Shown here piece by piece: positions 39,401 to 54,400 of a DNA stretch of 64,000 nt. Both the position numbers and the translations under genes were made by a program. The notes beneath the pieces were generated by a model. The model ran no database searches. It was not told the origin of the DNA and saw nothing but the letters and a program-made list of their open reading frames with translations. The DNA comes from Hydrurus foetidus (taxonomy: Eukaryota): assembly GCA_900617105.1 (NCBI GenBank), contig UYFQ01000315.1, positions 62,001 to 126,000 on the forward strand, given 5' to 3'. The first letter of the stretch is position 1, and each line of letters opens with the position of its first letter.

Positions 39401-42400
39401 GTCGAGGTCGATGCAGAGGTCGAGGTCGATGCAGAGGTCGAGTTCGTGTTGATAGCAGACATCGAGGCAGACATCGAGACTGGAGTCGAGGCTCACATCG
39501 AAGCAGATGTAGAAGCAGAGGTCGAGGTCGATGCAGAGGTCGAGGTCGATGCAGAGGTCGAGTTGATAGCAGACATCGAGGCAGACATCGAGACTGGAGT
39601 CGAGGCTCACATCGAAGCAGAGGTCGAGGTCGATGCAGAGGTCGAGGTCGATGCAGAGGTCGAGATCGAGTTGATAGCAGACATCGAGGCAGACATCGAG
39701 ACTGGAGTCGAGGCTCACATCGAAGCAGAGGTCGAGGTCGATGCAGAGGTCGAGGTCGAGGTCGATGCAGAGGTCGAGTTGATAGCAGACATCGAGGCAG
39801 ACATCGAGACTGGAGTCGAGGCTCACATCGAAGCAGAGGTCGAGGTCGATGCAGAGGTCGAGGTCGATGCAGAGGTCGAGATCGAGTTGATAGCAGACAT
39901 CGAGGCAGACATCGAGACTGGAGTCGAGGCTCACATCGAAGTAGAAGCAGAGGTCGAGGTCGATGCAGAGGTCGAGGTCGATGCAGAGGTCGAGTTGATA
40001 GCAGACATCGAGGCAGACATCGAGACTGGAGTCGAGGCTCACATCGAAGCAGAGGTCGAAGTAGAGGTCGAGGTCGATGCAGAGGTCGAGTTGATAGCAG
40101 ACATCGAGGCAGACATCGAGACTGGAGTCGAGGCTCACATCGAAGCAGAGGTCGAGGTCGATGCAGAGGTCGAGGTCGATGCAGAGGTCGAGTTGATAGC
40201 AGACATCGAGGCAGACATCGAGACTGGAGTCGAAGCTCACATCGAAGCAGAGGTCGAAGTCGATGCAGAGGTCGAAGTAGAGGTCGAGGTCGATAGCAGA
40301 CGATCGAGGCAGACATCGAGACTGGAGTCGAGGCTGACATCGAAGCAGAAGAAGGAGCAGAGGTCGAGGTCGATGCAGAGGTCGAGGTCGATGCAGAGGT
40401 CGAGTTGATAGCAGACATCGAGGCAGACATCGAGACTGGAGTCGAGGCTCACATCGAAGCAGAGGTCGAGGTCGAGGCAGAGGTCGAGGTCGATGCAGAG
40501 GTCGAGATCGAGTTGAGGCAGACATCGAGGCAGACATCGAGACTGGAGTCGAGGCTCACATCGAAGCAGAAGCAGAGGTCGAGGTCGATGCAGAGGTCGA
40601 GGTCGATGCAGAGGTCGAGATCGAGTTGATAGCAGACATCGAGGCAGACATCGAGACTGGAGTCGAGGCTCACATCGAAGCAGAGGTCGAAGTACAGGTC
40701 GAGGTCGATGCAGAGGTCGAGATCGAGTTGATAGCAGACATCGAGGCAGACATCGAGACTGGAGTCGAGGCTCACATCGAAGCAGAGGTCGAAGTCGATG
40801 CAGACGTCGAGGTCGATGCAGAAGTCGAGATCGAGTTGATAGCAGACATCGAGGCAGACATCGAGACTGGAGTCGAGGCTCACATCGAAGCAGAGGTCGA
40901 GGTCGATGCAGAGGTCGAGGTCGATGCAGAGGTCGAGTTGATAGCAGACATCGAGGCAGACATCGAGACTGGAGTCGAGACTCACATCGAAGCAGATGTA
41001 GAAGAAGAGGTCGAGGTCGATGCAGAGGTCGATGCAGAGGTCGAGATCGAGTTGATAGCAGACATCGAGGCAGACATCGAGACTGGAGTCGAGGCTCACA
41101 TCGAAGCAGAGGTCGAAGTCGATGCAGAGGTCGAGGTCGATGCAGAGGTCGAGTTGATAGCAGACATCGAGGCAGACATCGAGACTGGAGTCGAGGCTCA
41201 CATCGAAGCAGAGGTCGAGGTCGATGCAGAGGTCGAGGTCGATGCAGAGGTCGAGTTGATAGCAGACATCGAGGCAGACATCGAGACTGGAGTCGAGGCT
41301 CACATCGAAGCAGAAGCAGAGGTCGAGGTCGATGCAGAGGTCGAGGTCGATGCAGAGGTCGAGTTGATAGCAGACATCGAGGCAGACATCGAGACTGGAG
41401 TCGAGGCTGACATCGAAGCAGAGGTCGAAGTCGATGCAGAGGTCGATGCAGAGGTCGAGTTGATAGCAGACATCGAGGCAGACATCGAGACTGGAGTCGA
41501 GGCTCACATCGAAGCAGAGGTCGAGGTCGATGCAGAGGTCGAGGTCGATGCAGAGGTCGAGTTGATAGCAGACATCGAGGCAGACATCGAGACTGGAGTC
41601 GAAGCTCACATCGAAGCAGAGGTCGAAGTCGATGCAGAGGTCGAAGTAGAGGTCGATGCAGAAGTCGAGATCGTGTTGATAGCAGACATCGAGACTGGAG
41701 TCGAGGCTCACATCGAAGCAGAAGAAGGAGCAGAGGTCGAGATCGATGTAGAGGTCGAGGTCGATGCAGAGGTCGAGTTGATAGAAGACATCGAGGCAGA
41801 CATCGAGACTGGAGTCGAGGCTCACATCGAAGCAGAGGTCGAGGTCGAGGCAGAGGTTGAGGTCGATGCAGAGGTCGAGTTGATAGCAGGCATCGAGGCA
41901 GACATCGAGACTGGAGTCGAGGCTCACATCGAAGTAGAAGCAGAGGTCGAGGTCAATGCAAAGGTCGAGGTCGATGCAGAGGTCGAGATCGAGTTGATAG
42001 CAGTCATCGAGGCAGACATCGAGACTGGAGTCGAGGCTGACATCGAAGCAGAGGTCGAAGTACAGGTCGAGGTCGATGCAGAGGTCGAGTTGATAGCAGA
42101 CATCGAGGCAGACATCGAGACTGGAGTCGAGGCTCACATCGAAGCAGAGGTAGAAGTCGATGCAGACGTCGAGGTCGATGCAGAAGTCGAGATCGAGTTG
42201 ATAGCAGACATCGAGGCAGACATCGAGACTGGAGTCGAGGCTCACATCGAAGCAGAGGTCGAGGTCGATGCAGAGGTCGAGGTCGATGCAGAGGTCGAGT
42301 TGATAGCAGACATCGAGGCAGACATCGAGACTGGAGTCGAGGCTCACATCGAAGCAGATGTAGAAGCAGAGGTCGAGGTCGATGCAGAGGTCGATGCAGA

Positions 42401-45400
42401 GGTCGAGATCGAGTTGATAGCAGACATCGAGGCAGACATCGAGACTGGAGTCGAGGCTCACATCGAAGCAGAGGTCGAAGTCGATGCAGAGGTCGAGGTC
42501 GATGCAGAGGTCGAGTTGATAGCAGACATCGAGGCAGACATCGAGACTGGAGTCGAGGCTCACATCGAAGCAGAGGTAGAAGTCGATGCAGAGGTCGAGG
42601 TCGATGCAGAAGTCGAGATCGAGTTGATAGCAGACATCGAGGCAGACATCGAGACTGGAGTCGAGGCTGACATCGAAGCAGAGGTCGAGGTCGATGCAGA
42701 GGTCGAGATCGTGTTGATAGCAGACATCGAGGCAGACATCGAGACTGGAGTCGAGGCTCACATCGAAGCAGAGGTCGAGGTCGATGCAGAGGTCGAGTTG
42801 ATAGCAGACATCGAGGCAGACATCGAGACTGGAGTCGAGGCTCACATCGAAGCAGAGGTCGAAGTCGATGCAGAGGTCGAGGTCGATGCAGAGGTCGAGA
42901 TCGAGTTGATAGCAGACATCGAGGCAGACATCGAGACTGGAGTCGAGGCTCACATCGAAGCAGAGGTCGAGGTCGATGCAGAGGTCGAGGTCGATGCAGA
43001 GGTCGAGATCGAGTTGATAGCAGACATCGAGGCAGACATCGAGACTGGAGTCGAGGCTCACATCGAAGCAGATGTAGAAGCAGAGGTCGAGGTCGATGCA
43101 GAGGTCGAGGTCGATGCAGAGGTCGAGTTGATAGCAGACATCGAGGCAGACATCGAGACTGGAGTCGAGGCTCACATCGAAGCAGAGGTCGAGGTCGATG
43201 CAGAGGTCGAGGTCGATGCAGAGGTCGAGAGAGGTCGATATCGACATGATAGCAGACATCGAGACTGGAGTCGAGGCTCACATCGAAGCAGAGGTCGAGG
43301 TCGATGCAGAGGTCGAGGTCGATGCAGAGGTCGAGTTGATAGCAGACATCGAGGCAGACATCGAGACTGGAGTCGAGGCTCACGAGGTCGAAGCAGATCG
43401 AAGTCAAAGCAGAGGTCGAGGTCGATGCAGAGGTCGAGATCGAGTTGATAGCAGACATCGAGGCAGACATCGAGACTGGAGTCGAGGCTCACATCGAAGT
43501 AGAAGCAGAGGTCGAGGTTGATGCAAAGGTCGAGGTCGATCCAGAGGTCGAGTTGATAGCAGTCATCGAGGCAGACATCGAGACTGGAGTCGAGGCTCAC
43601 ATCGAAGCAGAGGTCGAGGTCGATGCAGAGGTCGAGGTCGATGCAGAGGTCGAGTTCGATAGCGAGACAGACGAGGAGACATCGAGGCAGACATCGAAGC
43701 AGAGGTCGAAGCTCACATCGAAGCAGAGGTCGAGGTCGATGCAGAGGTCGAGTTGATAGCAGACATCGAGGCAGACATCGAGACTGGAGTCGAGGCTCAC
43801 ATCGAAGCAGATGTAGAAGCAGAGGTCGAGGTCGATGCAGAGGTCGAGATCGAGTTGATAGCAGACATCGAGGCAGACATCGAGACTGGAGTCGAGGCTC
43901 ACATCGAAGTAGAAGCAGAGGTCGAGGTCGATGCAGAGGTCGAGGTCGATGCAGAGGTCGAGTTGATAGCAGACATCGAGGCAGACATCGAGACTGGAGT
44001 CGAGGCTCACATCGAAGCAGAGGTCGAAGTCGATGCAGAGGTCGAGGTCGATGCAGAGGTCGAGATCGTGTTGATAGCAGACATCGAGGCAGACATCGAG
44101 ACTGGAGTCGAGGCTCACATCGAAGCAGAGGTCGAGGTCGATGCAGAGGTCGAGGTCGATGCAGAGGTCGAGTTGATAGCAGACATCGAGGCAGACATCG
44201 AGACTGGAGTCGAGACTCACATCGAAGCAGACGTAGAAGCAGAGGTCGAGGTCGATGCAGAGGTCGAGATCGAGTTGATAGCAGATATCGAGGCAGACAT
44301 CGAGACTGGAGTCGAGGCTCACATCGAAGTAGAAGCAGAGGTCGATGTTGATGCAAAGATCGAGGTCGATGCAGAGGTCGAGTTGATAGCAGACATCGAG
44401 GCAGACATCGAGACTGGAGTCGAGGCTCACATCGAAGTAGAAGCAGAGGTCGAGGTCGATGCAGAGGTCGAGGTCGATGCAGAGGTCGAGTTGATAGCAG
44501 ACATCGAGGCAGACATCGAGACTGGAGTCGAGGCTGACATCGAAGCAGAGGTCGAAGTACAGGTCGAGGTCGATGCAGAGGTCGAGTTGATAGCAGACAT
44601 CGAGGCAGACATCGAGACTGGAGTCGAGGCTGACATCGAAGCAGAGGTCGAGGTCGATACAGAGGTCGAGGTCGATGCAGAGGTCGAGATCGAGTTGATA
44701 GCAGACATCGAGGCAGACATCGAGACTGGAGTCGAGGCTCACATCGAAGCAGAAGCAGAGGTCGATGTTGATGCAAAGATCGAGGTCGATCCAGAGGTCG
44801 AGTTGATAGCAGTCATCTAGGCAGACATCGAGGCTGGAGTCGAGGCTGACATCGAAGCAGAAGAAGGAGCAGAGGTCGAGGTCGATGCAGAGGTCGAGGT
44901 CGATGCAGAGGTCGAGATCGTGTTGATAGCAGACATCGAGACTGGAGTCGAGGCTGACATCGAAGCAGAAGAAGGAGCAGAGGTCGAGGTCGATGCAGAG
45001 GCGGAGGTGGAGGTCGATGCAGAGGTCGAGTTGATAGCAGACATCGAGGCAGACATCGAGACTGGAGTCGAGGCTCACATCGAAGCAGAGGTCGAGGTCG
45101 ATGCAGAGGTCGAGGTCGATGCAGAGGTCGAGTTGATAGCAGACATCGAGGCAGACATCGAGACTGGAGTCGAGGCTCACATCGAAGCAGAAGCAGAGGT
45201 CGAGGTCGATGCAGAGGTCGAGGTCGATGCAGAGGTCGAGTTGATAGCAGACATCGAGGCAGACATCGAGACTGGAGTCGAGGCTCACATCGAAGCAGAG
45301 GTCGAGGTCGGTCGAGGTCGATGCAGAGGTCGAGTTGATAGCAGACATCGAGGCAGACATCGAGACTGGAGTCGAGGCTCACATCGAAGCAGAGGTCGAG

Positions 45401-48400
45401 GTCGATGCAGAGGTCGAGGTCGATGCAGAGGTCGAGTTGATAGCAGACATCGAGGCAGACATCGAGACTGGAGTCGAAGCTCACATCGAAGCAGAGGTCG
45501 AAGTCGATGCAGAGGTCGAAGTAGAGGTCGATGCAGAAGTCGAGATCGTGTTGATAGCAGACATCGAGACTGGAGTCGAGGCTGACATCGAAGCAGAAGA
45601 AGGAGCAGAGGTCGAGGTCGATGCAGAGGTAGAGGTCGATGCAGAGGTCGAGATCGTGTTGATAGCAGACATCGAGGCAGACATCGAGACTGGAGTCGAG
45701 GCATACATCGAAGCAGAGGTCGAGGTCGAGGCAGAGGTCGAGGTCGAGGTCGAGTTGATAGCAGACATCGAGGCAGACATCGAGACTGGAGTCGAGGCTC
45801 ACATCGAAGCAGAGGTCGAGGTACAGATCGAAATAGAGTTGATAGCAGACATCGAGGCAGATATCGAGACTGGAGTCGAGGCTCACATCGAAGCAGATGT
45901 AGAAGCAGAGGTCGAGTCCGATGCAAAGGTCGAGATCGTTGCAGAGGACGAGATCGAGTTGATAGCAGACATCGAGACTGGAGTCGAAGATGACATCAAA
46001 GCAGAGGTCGAGGTCGAGGCAGAGGCGGAGGTGGAGGTCGAAGTCGAGTTGATAGCAGACATCAAGACAGACATCGGTTCTGGAGTCGAGGCTCACATCG
46101 AAGTAGAGGTCGAGGTCGATGCAGAGGTCGAGGTCGAGGTCGAAGTCGAAGTCGAAGTCGAGTTGGTAGCAGACATCGAGGCAGACATCGAGACTGGAGT
46201 CGAAGCTCACATCGAAGCAGAGGTCGAGGTCGATGCAGAGGTCGAAGTCGATGCAGAGGTCGAGTTGATAGCAGACATCGAGGCAGACATCGAGACTGGA
46301 GTCGAGGCTCACATCGAAGCAGATGTAGAAGCAGAGGTCGATGCAGAGGTCGAGGTCGATGCAGAGGTCGAGATCGATCTGATAGCAGACATCGAGGCAG
46401 ACATCGAGACTGGAGTCGAGGCTCACATCGAAGCAGAGGTCGAGGTCGAGGCAGAGGTCGAGTTGATAGCAGACATCGAGGCAGACATCGAGACTGGAGT
46501 CGAGGCTCACATCAAAATAGAAGCAGAGGTCGAGGTCGATGCAGAGGTCGAGTTGATAGCAGACATTGAGACTGGAGTCGAGGCTCACATCGAAGTAGAG
46601 GTCGAGGCAGAGGCGGAGGTGGAGGTCGAGGTCGAGTTCGAAGTCGAGTTGATAGCAGACATCAAGGCAGTTATCGAGACTGGAGTCGAGGCTCACATCG
46701 AAGCAGAGGTCAAAGTACAGGTCAATGTCGATTTGATAGCAGACATCGAGGCAGACATCGAGACTGGAGTCGAAGCTGACATCAATGCAGAGTTCGAGGT
46801 CGCGGCAGAGGTCGAGTTGGTAGCAGACATCGAGGCAGACATCGAGACTGGAGTCGAGGCTCACATCAAAATAGAAGCAGAGGTCGAGGTCGATGCAGAG
46901 GTCGAGTTGATAGCAGACATTGAGACTGGAGTCGAGGCTCACATCGAAGTAGAGGTCGAGGCGAGGCAGAGCGAGGTCGAGGTCGAGGTCGAGGTCGAAG
47001 TCGAGTTGATAGCAGACATCGAGGCAGACATCGAGACTGGAGTCGAGGCTCACATCGAAGCAGAGGTCAAAGTACAGGTCGATGTCGAGTTGATAGCAGA
47101 CATCGAGGCAGACATCGAGACTGGAGTCGAGGCTCACATCGAAGCAGAGGTCGAGGTCGAGGCAGAGGTCGAGTTGGTAGCAGACATCGAGGCAGACATC
47201 GAGACTGGAGTCGAGGCTCACATCAAAATAGAAGCAGAGGTCGAGGTCGATGCAGAGGTCGAGTTGATAGCAGACATCGAGCAGGAGTCGAGGCTCGACA
47301 TCGAAGCAGAGGTCGAGGCAGAGGCGGAGGTGGAGGTCGAGGTCGAGTTCGAAGTCGAGTTGATAGCAGACATCAAGGCAGTTATCGAGACTGGAGTCGA
47401 GGCTCACATCGAAGCAGAGGTCAAAGTACAGGTCGATGTCGATTTGATAGCAGACATCGAGGCAGACATCGAGACTGGAGTCGAAGCTGACATCAATGCA
47501 GAGTTCGAGGTCGCGGCAGAGGTCGAGTTGGTAGCAGACATCGAGGCAGACATCGAGACTGGAGTCGAGGCTCACATCAAAATAGAAGCAGAGGTCGAGG
47601 TCGATGCAGAGGTCGAGTTGATAGCAGACATTGAGACTGGAGTCGAGGCTCACATCGAAGTAGAGGTCGAGGCAGAGGCGGAGGTGGAGGTCGAGGTCGA
47701 GTTCGAAGTCGAGTTGATAGCAGACATCAAGGCAGTTATCGAGACTGGAGTCGAGGCTCACATCGAAGCAGAGGTCGAAGTACAGGTCGAAGTCGATTTG
47801 ATAGCAGACATCGAGGCAGACATCGAGACTGGAGTCGAGGCTGACATCGAAGCAGAGATCGAGGTCGATGCAGAGGTCGAGGTCGATGCAAAGGTCGAGG
47901 TCGATGCAGATGTCGAGTTGATAGCAGACATCGAGACTGGAGTCGAGGCTCACAACGAATTAGATGTCGAGGTCGATGCAGAGGTCGAGGTCGATGCAGA
48001 GGTCGAGGTCGATGCAGAGGTCGAGGTCGATGCAGAGGTCTAGTTCGATTTGATAGCAGACTTCATGGCAGACATCGAGACTGGAGTCGAGGCTCACATC
48101 GAAGTAGAGGTCGAGGTCGATGCAAAGGTTGAGGTCGATGCAGAAGTCGAGATCGAGTTGATAGCAGACATCGAGGCAGTTATCGAGACTGGAGTCGAGG
48201 CTCACATCGAAGCAGAGGTCGAGGTACAGGTCGAAGTCGATTTGATAGCAGACATCGAGGCAGACATCGAGACTGGAGTCGAGGCTCACATCGAAGCAGA
48301 GGTCGAGGTCGATGCAGACGTCGAGGTCGATGCAGAGGTCGAGTTGATAGCAGACATCGAGACTGGAGTCGAGGCTCACATCGAAGCAGATGTCGAGGTA

Positions 48401-51400
48401 CAGTTCATGGTCGAAATGATAGAAGACATCGAGACTGGAGTCGAGGCTCACATCGAAGTAGATGCAGAGGTCGAGGATCTTGCAAAGGTTCAGGTCGAAG
48501 TCGAGTTGGTAGCAGACATCGAGGCAGATATCGAGGCAGACATCGAGACTGGAGTCGAGGCTCACATCGAAGCAGAGGTCAAAGTACAGGTCGATGTCGA
48601 GTTGATAGCAGACATCGAGGCAGACATCGAGACTGGAGTCGAGGCTCACATCGAAGCAGAGGTCAAAGTACAGGTCGAGGTCGAAATCGAGTTGATAGCA
48701 GACATCGAGGCAGACATCGAGACTGGAGTCGAGGCTCACATCGAAGCAGAGGTCAAAGTACAGGTCGATGTCGAGTTGATAGCAGACATCGAGGCAGACA
48801 TCGAGACTGGAGTCGAGGCTCACATCGAAGCAGAGGTCAAAGTACAGGTCGATGTCGAGTTGATAGCAGACATCGAGGCAGACATCGAGACTGGAGTCGA
48901 GGCTCACATCGAAGCAGAGGTCGACAGGTCGATGTCGAGTTGATAGCAGACATCGAGGCAGACATCGAGACTGGAGTCGAGGCTCACATCGAAGCAGATG
49001 TAGAAGCAGAGGTCGAGGTCGATGCAGAGGTCGAGATCGAGTTGATAGCAGACATCGAGGCAGACATCGAGACTGGAGTCGAGGCTCACATCGAAGCAGA
49101 GGTCAAAGTACAGGTCGATGTCGAGTTGATAGCAGACATCGAGGCAGACATCGAGACTGGAGTCGAGGCTCACATCGAAGCAGAGGTCAAAGTACAGGTC
49201 GATGTCGAGTTGATAGCAGACATCGAGGCAGACATCGAGACTGGAGTCGTGACCCACATCGAAGCAGATGCAGAAGCAGAGGTCGAGGTCGATGCAGAGG
49301 TCGAAGTCGAGTTGATAGCAGACATCGAGGCAGACATCGAGACTGGAGTCGAGGCTCACATCGAAGCAGAGGTCAAAGTACAGGTCGATGTCGAGTTGAT
49401 AGCAGACATCGAGGCAGACATCGAGACTGGAGTCGAGGCTCACATCGAAGCAGAGGTCGAAGTACAGGTCGAGGTCGAGTTGATAGCAGACATCGAGGCA
49501 GACATCGAGACTGGAGTCGAGGCTCACATCGAAGCAGAGGTAGAAGCAGAGGTCGAGGTCGATGCAGAGGTCGAAGTCGAGTTGATAGCAGACATCGAGG
49601 CAGACATCGAGACTGGAGTCGAGGCTCACATCGAAGCAGAGGCGGAGGTCGAGGTCGAGTTGATAGCAGACATCGAGGCAGACATCGAGACTGGAGTCGA
49701 GGCTCACATCGAAGCAGAGGTCGAGGTCGATGCAGAGGTCGAGGTCGAGTTGATAGCAGACATCGAGGCAGACATCGAGACTGGAGTCGAGGCTCACATC
49801 GAAGCAGAGGTCAAAGTACAGGTCGAGGTCGAGTTGATAGCAGACATCGAGGCAGACATCGAGACTGGAGTCGAGGCTCACATCGAAGCAGAGGTCGAGG
49901 TCGATGCAGAGGTCGAGGTCGAGTTGATAGCAGACATCGAGGCAGACATCGAGACTGGAGTCGAGGCTCACATCGAAGCAGAGGTCGAAGTACAGGTCGA
50001 AGTCGAGTTGATAGCAGACATCGAGGCAGACATCGAGACTGGAGTCGAGGCTCACATCGAAGCAGATGTAGAAGCAGAGGTCGAGGTCGATGCAGAGGTC
50101 GAGATCGAGTTGATAGCAGATATCGAGGCAGACATCGAGGCAGACATCGAGACTGGAGTCGAGGCTCACATCGAAGCAGAGGTCAAAGTACAGGTCGATG
50201 TCGAGTTGATAGCAGATATCGAGGCAGACATCGAGACTGGAGTCGAGGCTCACATCGAAGCAGAGGTCGAAGTACAGGTCGATGTCGAGTTGATAGCAGA
50301 CATCGAGGCAGACATCGAGACTGGAGTCGAGGCTCACATCGAAGCAGAGGTCGAAGTACAGGTCGATGTCGAGTTGATAGCAGACATCGAGGCAGACATC
50401 GAGACTGGAGTCGAGGCTCACATCGAAGCAGAGGTCGAAGTACAGGTCGATGTCGAGTTGATAGCAGACATCGAGGCAGACATCGAGACTGGAGTCGAGG
50501 CTCACATCGAAGCAGAGGTCGAAGTACAGGTCGATGTCGAGTTGATAGCAGACATCGAGGCAGACATCGAGACTGGAGTCGAGGCTCACATCGAAGCAGA
50601 TGTAGAAGCAGAGGTCGAGGTCGATGCAGAGGTCGAGATCGAGTTGATAGCAGACATCGAGGCAGACATCGAGACTGGAGTCGAGGCTCACATCGAAGCA
50701 GAGGTCGAAGTACAGGTCGAAGTCGAGTTGATAGCAGACATCGAGGCAGACATCGAGACTGGAGTCGAGGCTCACATCGAAGCAGAGGCGGAGGTCGAGG
50801 TCGAGTTGATAGCAGACATCGAGGCAGACATCGAGACTGGAGTCGAGGCTCACATCGAAGCAGAGGTCGAGGTCGATGCAGAGGTCGAGGTCGATTTGAT
50901 AGCAGACATTGAGGAAGACATCGAGACTGGAGTCGAGGCTCACATCGAAGCAGAGGTCAAAGTACAGGTCGAGGTCGAGTTGATAGCAGACATCGAGGCA
51001 GACATCGAGACTGGAGTCGAGGCTCACATCGAAGCAGAGGTCGAGGTCGATGCAGAGGTCGAGGTCGAGTTGATAGCAGACATCGAGGCAGACATCGAGA
51101 CTGGAGTCGAGGCTCACATCGAAGCAGAGGTCAAAGTACAGGTCGAGGTCGAGTTGATAGCAGACATCGAGGCAGACATCGAGACTGGAGTCGAGGCTCA
51201 CATCGAAGCAGAGGTCGAAGTACAGGTCGAGGTCGAGTTGATAGCAGACATCGAGGCAGACATCGAGACTGGAGTCGAGGCTCACATCGAAGCAGAGGTC
51301 AAAGTACAGGTCGATGTCGAGTTGATAGCAGACATCGAGGCAGACATCGAGACTGGAGTCGAGGCTCACATCGAAGCAGAGGTCGAAGTCGACAGGTCGA

Positions 51401-54400
51401 GGTCGAGTTGATAGCAGACATCGAGGCAGACATCGAGACTGGAGTCGAGGCTCACATCGAAGCAGAGGTCGAAGTACAGGTCGATGTCGAGTTGATAGCA
51501 GACATCGAGGCAGACATCGAGACTGGAGTCGAGGCTCACATCGAAGCAGAGGTCGAAGTACAGGTCGAGGTCGAGTTGATAGCAGACATCGAGGCAGACA
51601 TCGAGACTGGAGTCGAGGCTCACATCGAAGCAGATGTAGAAGCAGAGGTCGAGGTCGATGCAGAGGTCGAGATCGAGTTGATAGCAGACATCGAGGCAGA
51701 CATCGAGACTGGAGTCGAGGCTCACATCGAAGCAGAGGTCGAAGTACAGGTCGAAGTCGAGTTGATAGCAGACATCGAGGCAGACATCGAGACTGGAGTC
51801 GAGGCTCACATCGAAGCAGAGGTCGAGGTCGAGGTCGAGTTGATAGCAGACATCGAGGCAGACATCGAGACTGGAGTCGAGGCTCACATCGAAGCAGAGG
51901 TCGAGGTCGATGCAGAGGTCGAGGTCGAGTTGATAGCAGACATCGAGGCAGACATCGAGACTGGAGTCGAGGCTCACATCGAAGCAGAGGTCGAAGTACA
52001 GGTCGAGGTCGAGTTGATAGCAGACATCGAGGCAGACATCGAGACTGGAGTCGAGGCTCACATCGAAGCAGAGGTCGAGGTCGATGCAGAGGTCGAGGTC
52101 GAGTTGATAGCAGACATCGAGGCAGACATCGAGACTGGAGTCGAGGCTCACATCGAAGCAGAGGTCGAGGTACAGGTCGAGGTCGAGTCGAGTTGATAGC
52201 AGACATCGAGGCAGACATCGAGACTGGAGTCGAGGCTCACATCGAAGCAGAGGTCGAGGTCGAGGTCGAGTTGATAGCAGACATCGAGGCAGACATCGAG
52301 ACTGGAGTCGAGGCTCACATCGAAGCAGAGGTCGAGGTCGAGGTCGAGTTGATAGCAGACATCGAGGCAGACATCGAGACTGGAGTCGAGGCTCACATCG
52401 AAGCAGAGGTCGAGGTCGATGCAGACGTCGAGGTCGATTTGATAGCAGACATTGAGGAAGACATCGAGACTGGAGTCGAGGCTCACATCGAAGCAGAGGT
52501 CGAGGTCGATGCAGAGGTCGAGGTCGAGTTGATAGCAGACATCGAGGCAGACATCGAGACTGGAGTCGAGGCTCACATCGAAGCAGAGGTCGAAGTACAG
52601 GTCGAGGTCGAGTTGATAGCAGACATCGAGGCAGACATCGAGACTGGAGTCGAGGCTCACATCGAAGCAGAGGTCGAGGTCGATGCAGAGGTCGAGGTCG
52701 AGTTGATAGCAGACATCGAGGCAGACATCGAGACTGGAGTCGAGGCTCACATCGAAGCAGAGGTCGAAGTACAGGTCGAGGTCGAGTTGATAGCAGACAT
52801 CGAGGCAGACATCGAGACTGGAGTCGAGGCTCACATCGAAGCAGAGGTCGAAGCAGAGGTCGAGGTCGATGCAGAGGTCGAGATCGAGTTGATAGCAGAC
52901 ATCGAGGCAGACATCGAGACTCGAGAGTCGAGGCTCACATCGAAGCAGAGGTCGAAGTACAGGTCGATGTCGAGTTGATAGCAGACATCGAGGCAGACAT
53001 CGAGACTGGAGTCGAGGCTCACATCGAAGCAGAGGTCGAAGCACAGGTCGAGGTCGAGTTGTCGAGTCGAGTTGATAGCAGACATCGAGGCAGACATCGA
53101 GACTGGAGTCGAGGCTCACATCGAAGCAGAGGTCGATGCAGAGGTCGAGGTCGATGCAGAGGTCGAGATCGAGTTGATAGCAGACATCGAGGCAGACATC
53201 GAGACTGGAGTCGAGGCTCACATCGAAGCAGAGGTCGAGGTACAGGTCGAAGTCGAGTTGATAGCAGACATCGAGGCAGACATCGAGACTGGAGTCGAGG
53301 CTCACATCGAAGCAGAGGTCGAGGTCGATGCAGAGGTCGAGGTCGATGCAGAGGTCGAGATCGAGTTGATAGCAGACATCGAGGCAGACATCGAGACTGG
53401 AGTCGAGGCTCACATCGAAGCAGAGGTCGAGGTACAGGTCGAGGTCGAGTTGATAGCAGACATCGAGGCAGACATCGAGACTGGAGTCGAGGCTCACATC
53501 GAAGCAGAGGTCGAGGTCGAGGTCGATGCAGAGGTCGAGGTCGATGCAGAGGTCGAGTTGATAGCAGACATCGAGGCAGACATCGAGACTGGAGTCGAGG
53601 CTCACATCGAAGCAGAAGAAGAGGTCGAGTCCGATGCAGAGGTCGAGGTCGATGCAGAGGTCGAGTTGATAGCAGACATCGAGACTGGAGTCGAGGCTCA
53701 CATCGAAGCAGAGGTCGAGGTCGATGCAGAGGTCGAGGTCGAGGTCGATGCAGAGGTCGAGTTGATAGCAGACATCGAGGCAGACATCGAGACTGGAGTC
53801 GAGGCTCACATCGAAGCAGAGGTCGAGGTACAGGTCGAGGTCGAAATGATAGCAGACATCGAGACTGGAGTCGAGGCTCACATCGAAGCAGAGGTCGAGG
53901 TCGAGGTCGAGGTCGAGTTGATAGCAGACATCGAGGCAGACATCGAGACTGGAGTCGAGGCTCACATCGAAGCAGAGGTCGAGGTCGATGCAGAGGTCGA
54001 GTTGATAGCAGACATCGAGGCAGACATCGAGACTGGAGTCGAGGCTCACATCGAAGCAGAGGTCGAAGTACAGGTCGAGGTCGAGTTGATAGCAGACATC
54101 GAGGCAGACATCGAGACTGGAGTCGAGGCTCACATCGAAGCAGAGGTCGAAGCAGAGGTCGAGGTCGATGCAGAGGTCGAGTTGATAGCAGACATCGAGG
54201 CAGACATCGAGACTGGAGTCGAGGCTCACATCGAAGCAGAGGTCGAGGTCGAGGTCGAGGTCGATGTCGAGTTGATAGCAGACATCGAGGCAGACATCGA
54301 GACTGGAGTCGAGGCTCACATCGAAGCAGAGGTCGAAGCAGAGGTCGAGGTCGATGCAGAGGTCGAGATCGAGTTGATAGCAGACATCGAGGCAGACATC

